Positions 29,704 to 38,100 of a stretch of DNA of 64,000 bases are shown here, piece by piece; position 1 is the stretch's first letter; every line of letters starts with the position of its first letter. The DNA comes from Thermoanaerobaculia bacterium (GTDB lineage Bacteria; Acidobacteriota; Thermoanaerobaculia; UBA5066): positions 576,001-640,000 of the forward strand of contig CAVRAY010000001.1 in NCBI GenBank assembly GCA_963719225.1, given 5' to 3'. The position numbers and the translations under genes were made by a program. The notes below the pieces were generated by a model. That model was given only the letters and a program-made list of their open reading frames with translations, did no database searches and was not told the DNA's origin.

Positions 29704-32700
29704 ATGGCCAAAGCCCCGCCGCCCGAACCGATCGATCACCACTACGACATCAAGCGGCTGACGAAGGCCTTCGCGATCGCTTCGATCCTCGCGCTGCCGG
29801 TGTTCGGGTGGATGACGTGGCAGGATTACGGGCGCGACTGGAAGTCCTGGCAGAAGAAGTTCGTCGAGAACGACCGCAAGAGGACGCGCGCGGCGCTTAA
29901 AGCCGCGTCCGAGAAGATCGATCCGGACGTCGAGGAGAAATACCTCGACCAGAAGCGCGAGGGCGCGCGCGAGCTGCGCCGCAATCGCACGGCGGTCTCG
30001 GAGGCCGAGGAGCGGACGAAGAAGGCCGAAGGGGCCTGGTACCTCGCCGACCAGGACTTCCGCTTCAAGAAGGCCGAGATGGATACGGCGCGGTACAACT
30101 ACGAGACCCGACGCGAGACGTCTCCGAAGGCCGCATCGACCGAAAGCGCACGGAAGGAGTACGAGCGGCTTCAGTCGGCCTATGTCAGGAGCACGGTCGC
30201 CGAGCAGGCGGCCAAGAAGGGATGGGACGAGGCGAAAGCCGAGCTCGCGACTCTCGAGAAGACGAAGAAAGACGCCGAGGAAGCGCTCGTCAAGCTCGAC
30301 GCCGATTACGACCGGTTCCAGAAGAAGATCAGGACGCTCCGGCAGAACGACGCGTTCTACTTCGTGCGCAACGCGCCCATCGCCGACATGCTCGCCCCGT
30401 CCCTCAAGATCCAGCAGGTCCAGCTCGAGGGCCTCTACAACGACGTGAACTTCCTCAGGAGCCAGCGCGTCGACCGCTGCATGACCTGCCACATCGCGGC
30501 CGAGACCCGGGGCTTCGAGGACAAGACGAAGTACCCGCTGTCGGTCCTGAGGACGCATCCCCGCCTCGATCTCTTCGTCGACTCGAACTCGCCGCATCCG
30601 TTTGCGACGTTCGGCTGCACGTCGTGCCACGGCGGGCGAGACCGCGCGACCGACTTCACGCGCTCCGGCCACATGCCGAACGACTACGGAACGTACGAGC
30701 ACCTCGCCCAACAGATCGAATCGGGACACGACGACAAGGGCCTCCCGACCGACGACGACGCCGTGAAGGAGGCGATGGCCGAGACGCAGACGGGCCGCTG
30801 GATGAAGGAGTACGACTGGGAGGTCGACAAGTTCAACGACCTGCCCATGTACCCGATGAAGGCCGTGGAGGCCGGCTGTTTCCGTTGCCATCGAAGCGAC
30901 GCGGGGCACCCGAAGGCGCCGAAGCTCGACGAGGGCCGCAAGCTCGTCGAGCAGCTCGGCTGCTGGAGCTGCCACAGGATGAAGGGCCTCGAGGACCTTC
31001 CGCGCGTCGGCCCGAACCTCTCGCGGGTCGCATCCAAGACGACGCCGGACTGGGTGGAACGCTGGCTCGTGAACCCGCGCGCCTTCCGGAACAACACGAA
31101 GATGCCGCGCTTTTTCTACCTCGAGAATTTCGCAGGAGACGCGGGGCACCGCCTCACGAACACGATGATCGCGGGCGTCACGGCCTATCTCTTCGAAAAG
31201 TCGGAGAAGGCGCCGCCGTGGCCCGCGGTCGCGGCGGGAGACGCGGCGCGCGGCCAGCAGCTCTTCGAGAACGTGGGCTGCCAGGGCTGCCACATCTCCG
31301 AGCCGGGGGCTGAACGCCACGTGATGGACCGCTGGAATCAGCACGGCCCGAACCTGATCGGACTTTCGCAGAAGGTGACGCCGGAGTGGCTCGCCGCCTG
31401 GCTGAAGAACCCGAAGGCCTACAACCCCGAGACGCGGATGCCGAACCTGCGTCTCGCAGGCGACGAGATCGCCGACCTCGTCGCGTACCTCATGAGCCGT
31501 CCCGCGCAGCCCGAGTTCCAGCGCAGCCGTCCCCCGAAGGCCGACGAGAAGGAGCGCGACGCGCTCGTCTACGATTACCTCACGCAGACGAAGTCCGTCG
31601 TGGAGGCGAAGGCCGACGTCGCGAAGATGACGCCGAAGGAGAAGGACCTGTTCGTCGGCGAGAGGATCATCGCGAATTACGGCTGCTATTCGTGCCACGT
31701 GATCCCCGGCTTCGAGAAGGCCAAGCCGATCGGCGTCGAGCTGTCCGAGTGGGGGAACAAGCCGGTCCATCTCCTCGACTTCGGCTTCGTGCACCTGCCG
31801 CACACGCGCGCCGACTGGCTCGCGCAAAAGGTGGGGCAGCCGCGGTCGTTCGACCGAGAGAAGGTCAAGACCTTCCAGGAGAAGCTGAAGATGCCGCTGT
31901 TCTCCCTGTCGCCCGCGGAGATCGAAGCCGTCCAGACGGCGATCCTCGGGATGCAGAAGGACGACATGGCCGACGCGCTCGTCGTGAAGGCCGCCGGCTC
32001 GCATGGCGCGGTGGAGGGCGGGCGCCGCATCGTGAAGGACTACAACTGCAAGGGCTGCCACATCCTCGAGGACCAGGGGGGAGGCATCCGCGAGGCCATG
32101 ACGGCGAACAAGATCGACCTCGCGCTCGCGCCGCCGATCATCCGCGGCGAGGGCGCGAAGGTGCAGAGCGACTGGCTCTTTTCGTTTCTTTCCGCGCCGC
32201 GCACGGGCCAGATCCGGCCGTGGCTGAAGGTCCGCATGCCGACCTTCGATTTCAACCCCGACCAGATCAACGGTCTCACGTCCTACTTCGCCTCTCTCGA
32301 CAAGGCACGCTATCCCTTCGAGAACCGCGTCGACGCGCTCGATCCGCGCTCGCGTGCGGCGGGCGCGAAGACGTTCGAGGCGCTCAAGTGCGCGCAGTGC
32401 CATCCCACCTCGCAGGATGCCTTCCAGCTCGCGCTCAAGGCGGGAAAGACGCCGGCGGACCTCGCCCCCATTCTCGCGGCGGCGCACACGCGCCTGCGGT
32501 ACGAATGGATCGCGGACTGGATCAAACGGCCCGAGGAATGGATGCCGGGCACGAGAATGCCCACGAACTTCCCGAAGATCGAGGAGGAGCCGGGCAAACC
32601 CGCGAAGCGCATCTCGCCGCTCGCGCCGGCGCTCGACACACCCGCGTTCGCCTCTCTCAAGAGGGACCTCGTCGCGATCTGGGGATCCGAGGAAGGCGCG

Positions 32701-32850
32701 AAGTCCTACATCGACGATCCCGACCGCGTCACGAAGGCCCTGCGCGACCATATCTGGTCGCTCGGCAACGACTTCCTCACGGCGCCGAAGGCGCCCGCGG
32801 GGCAACACGCCGCGAGGCCGAAGGCGTCGGCGGCCGTCGCGGCGAATTAG
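29704..32850 (+). CDS. Membrane-anchored multiheme cytochrome c (8 CxxCH)
   Basis: CMTCH, CTSCH, CFRCH, CWSCH, CQGCH, CYSCH, CKGCH, CAQCH; N-terminal TM helix and coiled coil. Confidence 0.92.
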   Translation: MAKAPPPEPIDHHYDIKRLTKAFAIASILALPVFGWMTWQDYGRDWKSWQKKFVENDRKRTRAALKAASEKIDPDVEEKYLDQKREGARELRRNRTAVSEAEERTKKAEGAWYLADQDFRFKKAEMDTARYNYETRRETSPKAASTESARKEYERLQSAYVRSTVAEQAAKKGWDEAKAELATLEKTKKDAEEALVKLDADYDRFQKKIRTLRQNDAFYFVRNAPIADMLAPSLKIQQVQLEGLYNDVNFLRSQRVDRCMTCHIAAETRGFEDKTKYPLSVLRTHPRLDLFVDSNSPHPFATFGCTSCHGGRDRATDFTRSGHMPNDYGTYEHLAQQIESGHDDKGLPTDDDAVKEAMAETQTGRWMKEYDWEVDKFNDLPMYPMKAVEAGCFRCHRSDAGHPKAPKLDEGRKLVEQLGCWSCHRMKGLEDLPRVGPNLSRVASKTTPDWVERWLVNPRAFRNNTKMPRFFYLENFAGDAGHRLTNTMIAGVTAYLFEKSEKAPPWPAVAAGDAARGQQLFENVGCQGCHISEPGAERHVMDRWNQHGPNLIGLSQKVTPEWLAAWLKNPKAYNPETRMPNLRLAGDEIADLVAYLMSRPAQPEFQRSRPPKADEKERDALVYDYLTQTKSVVEAKADVAKMTPKEKDLFVGERIIANYGCYSCHVIPGFEKAKPIGVELSEWGNKPVHLLDFGFVHLPHTRADWLAQKVGQPRSFDREKVKTFQEKLKMPLFSLSPAEIEAVQTAILGMQKDDMADALVVKAAGSHGAVEGGRRIVKDYNCKGCHILEDQGGGIREAMTANKIDLALAPPIIRGEGAKVQSDWLFSFLSAPRTGQIRPWLKVRMPTFDFNPDQINGLTSYFASLDKARYPFENRVDALDPRSRAAGAKTFEALKCAQCHPTSQDAFQLALKAGKTPADLAPILAAAHTRLRYEWIADWIKRPEEWMPGTRMPTNFPKIEEEPGKPAKRISPLAPALDTPAFASLKRDLVAIWGSEEGAKSYIDDPDRVTKALRDHIWSLGNDFLTAPKAPAGQHAARPKASAAVAAN

Positions 32851-32862
32851 GCTATTAGTCCC

Positions 32863-33567
32863 GTGCGCTTTCGGGCTGCGTTCGTCCTTTTCGTACTGGT
32901 GGTTTCGGCAGCAGGCGTCGCTCCGTCCGTGCCCTCGCACGGGGTGTTTGGCAAAGTGACTCTCTCCGGCCCCGTCCCGAAGCTCGCGCCGCGGCCCGTG
33001 AACGCGGACGTCGCGATCTGCGGCAGGGCAGATCGCCCGTCGCCGTCTCTCGTCCTCGCGAAGGACAAGGGAATCGCGAACGCCGTCGTGTGGCTCGAGG
33101 GTGCGAGGGGTCCCCTTCCGAAGGGGCCGTTCCATCTGGACCAGAAGAACTGCCTGTTCGCCCCGTACGTGCAGGTCGTCTCGAAGGGCGCTCCCGTCGT
33201 CATCGGAAACTCGGACCGCGTGCTGCACAACGTCCACGCGAAGACGGCGGACTCCACGCTGATCTTCAATAGGGCAATTCCTGTGAAGGGACAGACCTTC
33301 ACCGCGACGTTCGCGGAGCCGGGCGTCGTGCGCTTGAAGTGCGATGTCCACACGTGGATGACGGCGTGGCTCTTCGTGGCCGATACGCCGTATGCGGCCC
33401 TCACGGACAAGGAGGGGCGGTTCTCGTTCCCTTCGGTTCCTCCCGGCTCTTACCGCCTCAAGACCTGGCACGAGCTCTTCGGCGAAAAGTCGCAGCCCGT
33501 GACGGTCGCGGCGTCGGGCGCCGCGAAGGCCGACGTAACGCTCTCCCTCCTCGACGCCTCGAACTGA
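32863..33567 (+). CDS. Exported cupredoxin-like / carboxypeptidase-regulatory-like protein
   Basis: Signal peptide; HNVH...CDVHTWM putative type-1 copper ligands. Confidence 0.72.
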   Translation: MRFRAAFVLFVLVVSAAGVAPSVPSHGVFGKVTLSGPVPKLAPRPVNADVAICGRADRPSPSLVLAKDKGIANAVVWLEGARGPLPKGPFHLDQKNCLFAPYVQVVSKGAPVVIGNSDRVLHNVHAKTADSTLIFNRAIPVKGQTFTATFAEPGVVRLKCDVHTWMTAWLFVADTPYAALTDKEGRFSFPSVPPGSYRLKTWHELFGEKSQPVTVAASGAAKADVTLSLLDASN

Positions 33568-33579
33568 AGCGTAGGTCGA

Positions 33580-33975
33580 TCAGGCGACGAGCTCGATCCG
33601 GGCCCGATGTCCAGGCGCGGAGGCGAGACGCTTGTCGAGCGTGAGGAGAGGGGCCTTGAGTCCCTCTGCGAGCGCCACGTAAGCCGCGTCGTATGCCGTG
33701 AGATTCTCCCGGAGCGCCCAGATTCGCAGCAGGAGCACGTCGTGCTCATGGCGCACGAAGTCGAGGTCTCCCAGGTCCTCGAGCGCCAGGCGCGCTCGTT
33801 CGGGGCCAAGTGAGCCGGTCGCCACGTATCGACGAAGGGCCTGGACGACTTCGAGGTCCAGAAGGTGCGGCACGTGGAGTGAGAGTCGGGGCGAGCGAAT
33901 TCTCTCGGCGATCTTTCTCCCGGCCTTCGTCGCGAGCAGCAGCTCGAGGACCGCCGAAGCGTCGAGAACGATCAA
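33580..33975 (-). CDS. VapC family PIN-domain toxin
   Basis: IVLDASA, LEV, NLTAYDAAYVALAE, LLTLD. Confidence 0.92.
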   Translation of the reverse strand: MIVLDASAVLELLLATKAGRKIAERIRSPRLSLHVPHLLDLEVVQALRRYVATGSLGPERARLALEDLGDLDFVRHEHDVLLLRIWALRENLTAYDAAYVALAEGLKAPLLTLDKRLASAPGHRARIELVA

Positions 33976-34202
33976 CGGCTGTCGCGTTCGGCGCGAATAA
34001 CGTCAGCGGGCGAAGGGTCGAGCCGGACCCCCGGAAGCTTCGAGAGCCTTTCGAGGATCTCTTCGCGCGTTGGCTGCGCGAGCCCCTTGCCGATCTCGCG
34101 GAGAACGAATTCCGACATGGACATGCCGGCGAGGGCCGAGCGCGCCTTGAGACGCCGGTGAAGATCCTTCGGGACGTTGCGGATTTGCAGCATCGTCGAC
34201 AT
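33972..34202 (-). CDS. Ribbon-helix-helix antitoxin (FitA/VapB-like)
   Basis: LQIRNVPKDLHRRLKARSALAGMSMSEF; overlaps the toxin gene by 4 nt. Confidence 0.88.
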   Translation of the reverse strand: MSTMLQIRNVPKDLHRRLKARSALAGMSMSEFVLREIGKGLAQPTREEILERLSKLPGVRLDPSPADVIRAERDSR

Positions 34203-34208
34203 GCGAAA

Positions 34209-34237
34209 AGTGTACTTTCATCAGTTTTTCATGTCAA
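34209..34237 (-). promoter_or_regulatory. Sigma70 promoter of the TA operon (leaderless)
   Basis: TTGACA-17-TACACT, 6 nt before the ATG; AAAGT-GT-ACTTT palindrome over the -10 box is a possible operator. Confidence 0.75.
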
Positions 34238-34265
34238 GCCAACGTACGTCTGGTCCCCGAATCAC

Positions 34266-34841
34266 TCAGTTGATCTTCTCGGATCCCGACGCGCGGCTGA
34301 ACTCCGCCGCGAACGCGCGGAATTTCGGGGAGCTCCAGTCCAGCGGGCCCACGACGTGCTGGACGATCTCGCCGGACGGCGTGATGAAAAACGTCTCGGG
34401 GTAGCCGTCCGTTCCGTAGAGGTGCGCGGTGCCCCCCCGGGGATCCAGCGCAACGGGCAGCCCCGAGATCCGGTGCTGCTTCAGCCACGCATCCACGATC
34501 TTCCAGTCCTCGTCCGTCGAGACCGCGAGGAACTCGACGTTCGCGTCGCTCTTCGTGTCCCCGACGAACTTCACGAGCTCGGGCATCTCCTCGCGGCAGG
34601 GCGGACACCACGTCGCCCAGAAATGCAGGATCAGCCCCTTGCCCGTCTTCGACGCGAGGTCGCGCCGAGCGCCGTCGCGCGCGAGGACGACGAGGGATCC
34701 CGGCGGCGGCGCCTTCGCCGCCGGGGCGACGACGCGGGGCGCGCCGGGCGGAGCCAGGGAATCCTTCGCGAAGTAGCCGATCGCCAGGGCGCCGAGGGCC
34801 GCAGCCGCGACGACGACGAGGAGCCTCTTCAGATCCTTCAT
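34266..34841 (-). CDS. TlpA/ResA family thiol-disulfide reductase
   Basis: FWATWCPPCREEMP, YPETFFI; N-terminal TM helix; ATGA overlap with the upstream gene. Confidence 0.9.
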   Translation of the reverse strand: MKDLKRLLVVVAAAALGALAIGYFAKDSLAPPGAPRVVAPAAKAPPPGSLVVLARDGARRDLASKTGKGLILHFWATWCPPCREEMPELVKFVGDTKSDANVEFLAVSTDEDWKIVDAWLKQHRISGLPVALDPRGGTAHLYGTDGYPETFFITPSGEIVQHVVGPLDWSSPKFRAFAAEFSRASGSEKIN

Positions 34842-35752
34842 GCGCGAGCCTCGGGCAACGTCACCGGCAGGCCGAGAATTCCGAGACGCGAGAGAGGCCA
34901 GTCGTAGGCAACGGGATCGGCGGGCGAGATCCGCCTCAGCCACGCGGTGGCTTCGCGTGACGCGGCGAGATCGGCGGCCTTGCGGCGCGTGAGGCCGATG
35001 CGGCGCGAGATGCGGTGGAGATGAACGTCCATCGGAAGCAGGAGGCGCGCGGGCGTGAAGCGCCCGCCCGTCCACAGGCCGAGGTCGAAGCCCTCCGTCC
35101 GGACCATCCAGCGCAGGAAGAGATGCGAGCGCTTGCAGGCGGAGCCAGCGGCAGGGGATGGCAAGAGGAATTTCAGCCCGCGCGAGGGCGTGGCGGCGTG
35201 GGGGGAAAGCAGTTGAAGATTTCTTAGAAAGGTAGCGAGGGCGGCGACGTAATCCGGCTGGGCGGCCCGATTCGGGTGTGCGCCACACGTTGCGCGAGGC
35301 GCTTTCGGCGCACCCTCTTCAGCTTCTAAGAAATCCCCCGTCTTCTTCTTTTCTTCGTCCCCCGCCGCGAAGAGAGCGCCGAGGGAGCCGTGCGCGTGCC
35401 GCGCCCTCTTCACCATTCGAAGAAACTCTTCGATGTCGTTTCCCGAAACCCAGCGATGCCGAAACGCACTGAGGGAGGCGATATCTGCCTCGTCCCATTT
35501 CTCGAGAAATGCCGCCGGGCTCGGCCCGAGAGCCGCGAGGACACGCGCGATCGACGCCTGGATGGATGCGACGCGCCCGAAGGCGAGCGAGGCGGAGACG
35601 AAGGCCACGACCTCGCGGTCTGCCGGATCGGCATAGCGGTGCGCGAAGACGAGCGGGTCCGAGTCGAGCCTCCGCGAGCGCCACTCGCGCCTGAGGGCCT
35701 CGAGGCGTTCGCCGAGGAGCACGAGGTTCGGGGGGCCGGCCGCGCGTCTCAC
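34838..35752 (-). CDS. TIGR02757/DUF2400 family protein
   Basis: DPLVFAH, LAFGRV, SACKR..LFLRWMVR, DLGLW, DPVAYD. Confidence 0.85.
   Translation of the reverse strand: MRRAAGPPNLVLLGERLEALRREWRSRRLDSDPLVFAHRYADPADREVVAFVSASLAFGRVASIQASIARVLAALGPSPAAFLEKWDEADIASLSAFRHRWVSGNDIEEFLRMVKRARHAHGSLGALFAAGDEEKKKTGDFLEAEEGAPKAPRATCGAHPNRAAQPDYVAALATFLRNLQLLSPHAATPSRGLKFLLPSPAAGSACKRSHLFLRWMVRTEGFDLGLWTGGRFTPARLLLPMDVHLHRISRRIGLTRRKAADLAASREATAWLRRISPADPVAYDWPLSRLGILGLPVTLPEARA
35215..35357. repeat. Convergent motif pair inside the TIGR02757 gene
   Basis: + GAAGATTTCTTAGAAAGG; - AAGAAGAAGACGGGGGATTTCTTAGAAG. Confidence 0.65.
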
Positions 35753-35775
35753 GCCTCTACGCTAGCATCCCCGCG

Positions 35776-36921
35776 GTGAGCCCGCGACGTCCCGCGAAGG
35801 AAGCTCCTCCTCCGCCCGAAGAAAAGCCCGATTCCCGCCGCACGATCCTCGTGGGCGTCTACGGGCGCGAGATCCCCAGGGCGATGGCCGAGGACCAGCT
35901 CGACGAGCTCGAACGCCTCGTGGACACGGCGGGCGGGCTCGTGGTCGCGCGAGCGCTTCAGGAGCGCCGGGGGCCCGATCCCGCGACGTACGTCGGCTCG
36001 GGGAAGGTGGAGGAGATCGCCGAGGCTGCGCGCGCCCTCGGCGCCGGCTGGACGGTCTTCGACGACGAGCTCACGCCCACGCAGGCCCGGAACCTCGACA
36101 AGAAGCTCCCCACGCAGGTGCTCGACCGTGCCGGCGTGATCCTGCGGATTTTCGCGTCCCGCGCGCGCTCGCGGGAGGCGATGACACAGGTCGAGCTCGC
36201 GAGGCTCCAGTACGAGCTTCCGCGGCTCGCGGGGCCGACGAAAGGCCTCGCCCAGCAGCGCGGAGGCGGCGCGTTCCGCGGTGGCGCGGGCGAGCGAAAG
36301 ATCGAGCTGGACCGCCGCCGCGTGCGCGCCCGCATCGCGAAGCTCAAGGAAGAGCTCCAGCACATCGAGACCCAGCGGGACGTGAGGCGGAAGGGGATGA
36401 AGCGCGTCGCCACGGTCTCCCTCGTCGGCTACACGAACGCGGGAAAGACGACGCTCTTCAACCGGCTCACGTCCTCGAAGGAATTCGCGGAGGACCGCCT
36501 CTTCGCGACGCTCGACCCCAGGCACGCCCGGCTCCAGGGCGTGGGCGGACGGGCCATCGTCCTGGCCGACACGGTCGGCTTTCTCCGCAAGCTTCCCCAT
36601 ACGCTCGTCGCGTCCTTCAAGTCCACGCTCGCCGAAGTGAAGGACGCGGACCTCCTCGTTCACGTCGTGGACGCATCGTCCGCACAGGCGGCCGAGCAGC
36701 GCGCCGTCGCCGAGGAGGTCATCGCCGGCTTCGGCGTGGAGAAGCGGCGCATCCTCCTCGCCTACAACAAGACCGACCGCCCGCACCCCGACGTTCTCGC
36801 GTCCGACGGGATCCGGATCTCGGCGGCGACCGGAGACGGCCTTCCCGAGCTTCGGAAGGCGATCGTCGCGCGGCTCTCGGCGCTCGGCGCGCGCATGCCC
36901 TTCTACGGATCCCCTTCGTAA
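35776..36921 (+). CDS. hflX: GTPase HflX
   Basis: YVGSGK, QVELARLQY, GYTNAGKT, LFATLD, DTVGF, NKTD. Confidence 0.93.
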   Translation: MSPRRPAKEAPPPPEEKPDSRRTILVGVYGREIPRAMAEDQLDELERLVDTAGGLVVARALQERRGPDPATYVGSGKVEEIAEAARALGAGWTVFDDELTPTQARNLDKKLPTQVLDRAGVILRIFASRARSREAMTQVELARLQYELPRLAGPTKGLAQQRGGGAFRGGAGERKIELDRRRVRARIAKLKEELQHIETQRDVRRKGMKRVATVSLVGYTNAGKTTLFNRLTSSKEFAEDRLFATLDPRHARLQGVGGRAIVLADTVGFLRKLPHTLVASFKSTLAEVKDADLLVHVVDASSAQAAEQRAVAEEVIAGFGVEKRRILLAYNKTDRPHPDVLASDGIRISAATGDGLPELRKAIVARLSALGARMPFYGSPS

Positions 36922-36951
36922 TACGATCCATCACGTCCGGGAGGCAATGCC

Positions 36952-38100
36952 ATGAGCACACCCATCGAATATCGCCGCCGCGGCCAGGCCGTGTGGCTCG
37001 ACACCATCTCCTCGAAGATGATCCATTCCGGGCGGCTTTCGTCGCTGATCGAAGCCGGCTCGATTTACGGGGTGACGTCGAACCCGACGATCTTCGGCCA
37101 GGCCATCGTGAAGAACGAGGGTGACTACAACGCGCACCTCGAAAGCCTCGCGCGCGAGGGAAAGGACCCCTTCGCGATCTACGACGCGCTCACGCGAAAG
37201 GACATCGCCGAGGGCGCCGACGCGTTCCGAGCGATCCACGAGAAGAATCCCGTGGACGGGTGGATCTCGCTCGAGGTCCTCCCCTCGCTCGCGGCGGAGA
37301 CCGACAAGACCGTGGCGGAGGCGAAGAGGCTCTCTTCGGCGCTCGCGCGGCCGAACGTCTTCATCAAGGTGCCCGCGACGTCCGCGGGCGTTCCCGCGGT
37401 GCGCCGCCTGATCGGCGAAGGGATCTCGATCAACATCACGCTCATGTTCAACCGGAAGCATTACCGCGACGTCGCGAACGCCTACCTCGAAGGTCTTTCG
37501 GAGTTCGCGGGGAAGGGCGGCGACGTCTCGCGCGTCCACTCCGTCGCGTCGTTCTTCGTCTCGCGCGTCGACACGCTCGTCGACAAGCTTCTGGGGGAGA
37601 AGATCGGGAAGGCCGCAGGGTCGGAGAAAGCGAGCCTGGAGAGTCTCCTCGGAAAGGCGGGCCTCGCGAACTCGAAGGTCGTTTACGGGGATTATCTCGG
37701 GATCTTCGAGGGAGCGCCGTTCGCGGCGCTTCGCGCGAAGGGCGCGCGCGTTCAGCGGCCCCTCTGGGCGTCCACGGGCACGAAGAACCCCGCATACTCG
37801 GATCTTCTCTACGTCGAGAACCTCATCGGTCCCGACACGGTGAACACGATGCCCGAGAAGACGCTCGAGGCGCTCCTCGACCACGGCCGGACTCCGGGAG
37901 ACACGGTGCTCGAAGGGGTCGCGGAGGCGAAGAAGACGCTCGACGATCTCGCAGCCGTCGGGATCGACATCGAAGCGGTCGGCGAGCAGCTCCAAAGGGA
38001 CGGCGTCGTCCTCTTCGCCAAGTCCTACGACGAGCTCCTCGCGACGATCGAGTCGCGCCGCGCCGGGGCCGTGAAGGCCTCCGCCGGGGTGAAGGCGTGA
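36952..38100 (+). CDS. tal: Transaldolase
   Basis: GVTSNPTIF, FIKVPAT, NITLMF, SFFVSRVD, RPLWASTG. Confidence 0.93.
   Translation: MSTPIEYRRRGQAVWLDTISSKMIHSGRLSSLIEAGSIYGVTSNPTIFGQAIVKNEGDYNAHLESLAREGKDPFAIYDALTRKDIAEGADAFRAIHEKNPVDGWISLEVLPSLAAETDKTVAEAKRLSSALARPNVFIKVPATSAGVPAVRRLIGEGISINITLMFNRKHYRDVANAYLEGLSEFAGKGGDVSRVHSVASFFVSRVDTLVDKLLGEKIGKAAGSEKASLESLLGKAGLANSKVVYGDYLGIFEGAPFAALRAKGARVQRPLWASTGTKNPAYSDLLYVENLIGPDTVNTMPEKTLEALLDHGRTPGDTVLEGVAEAKKTLDDLAAVGIDIEAVGEQLQRDGVVLFAKSYDELLATIESRRAGAVKASAGVKA

Noticed and set aside
29092-33471. 1459-aa antisense ORF (also 5739-8069, 17595-19550, 38025-39845 and others)
   Set aside because: Shadow ORFs opposite well-supported genes; expected in high-GC DNA; no motifs.
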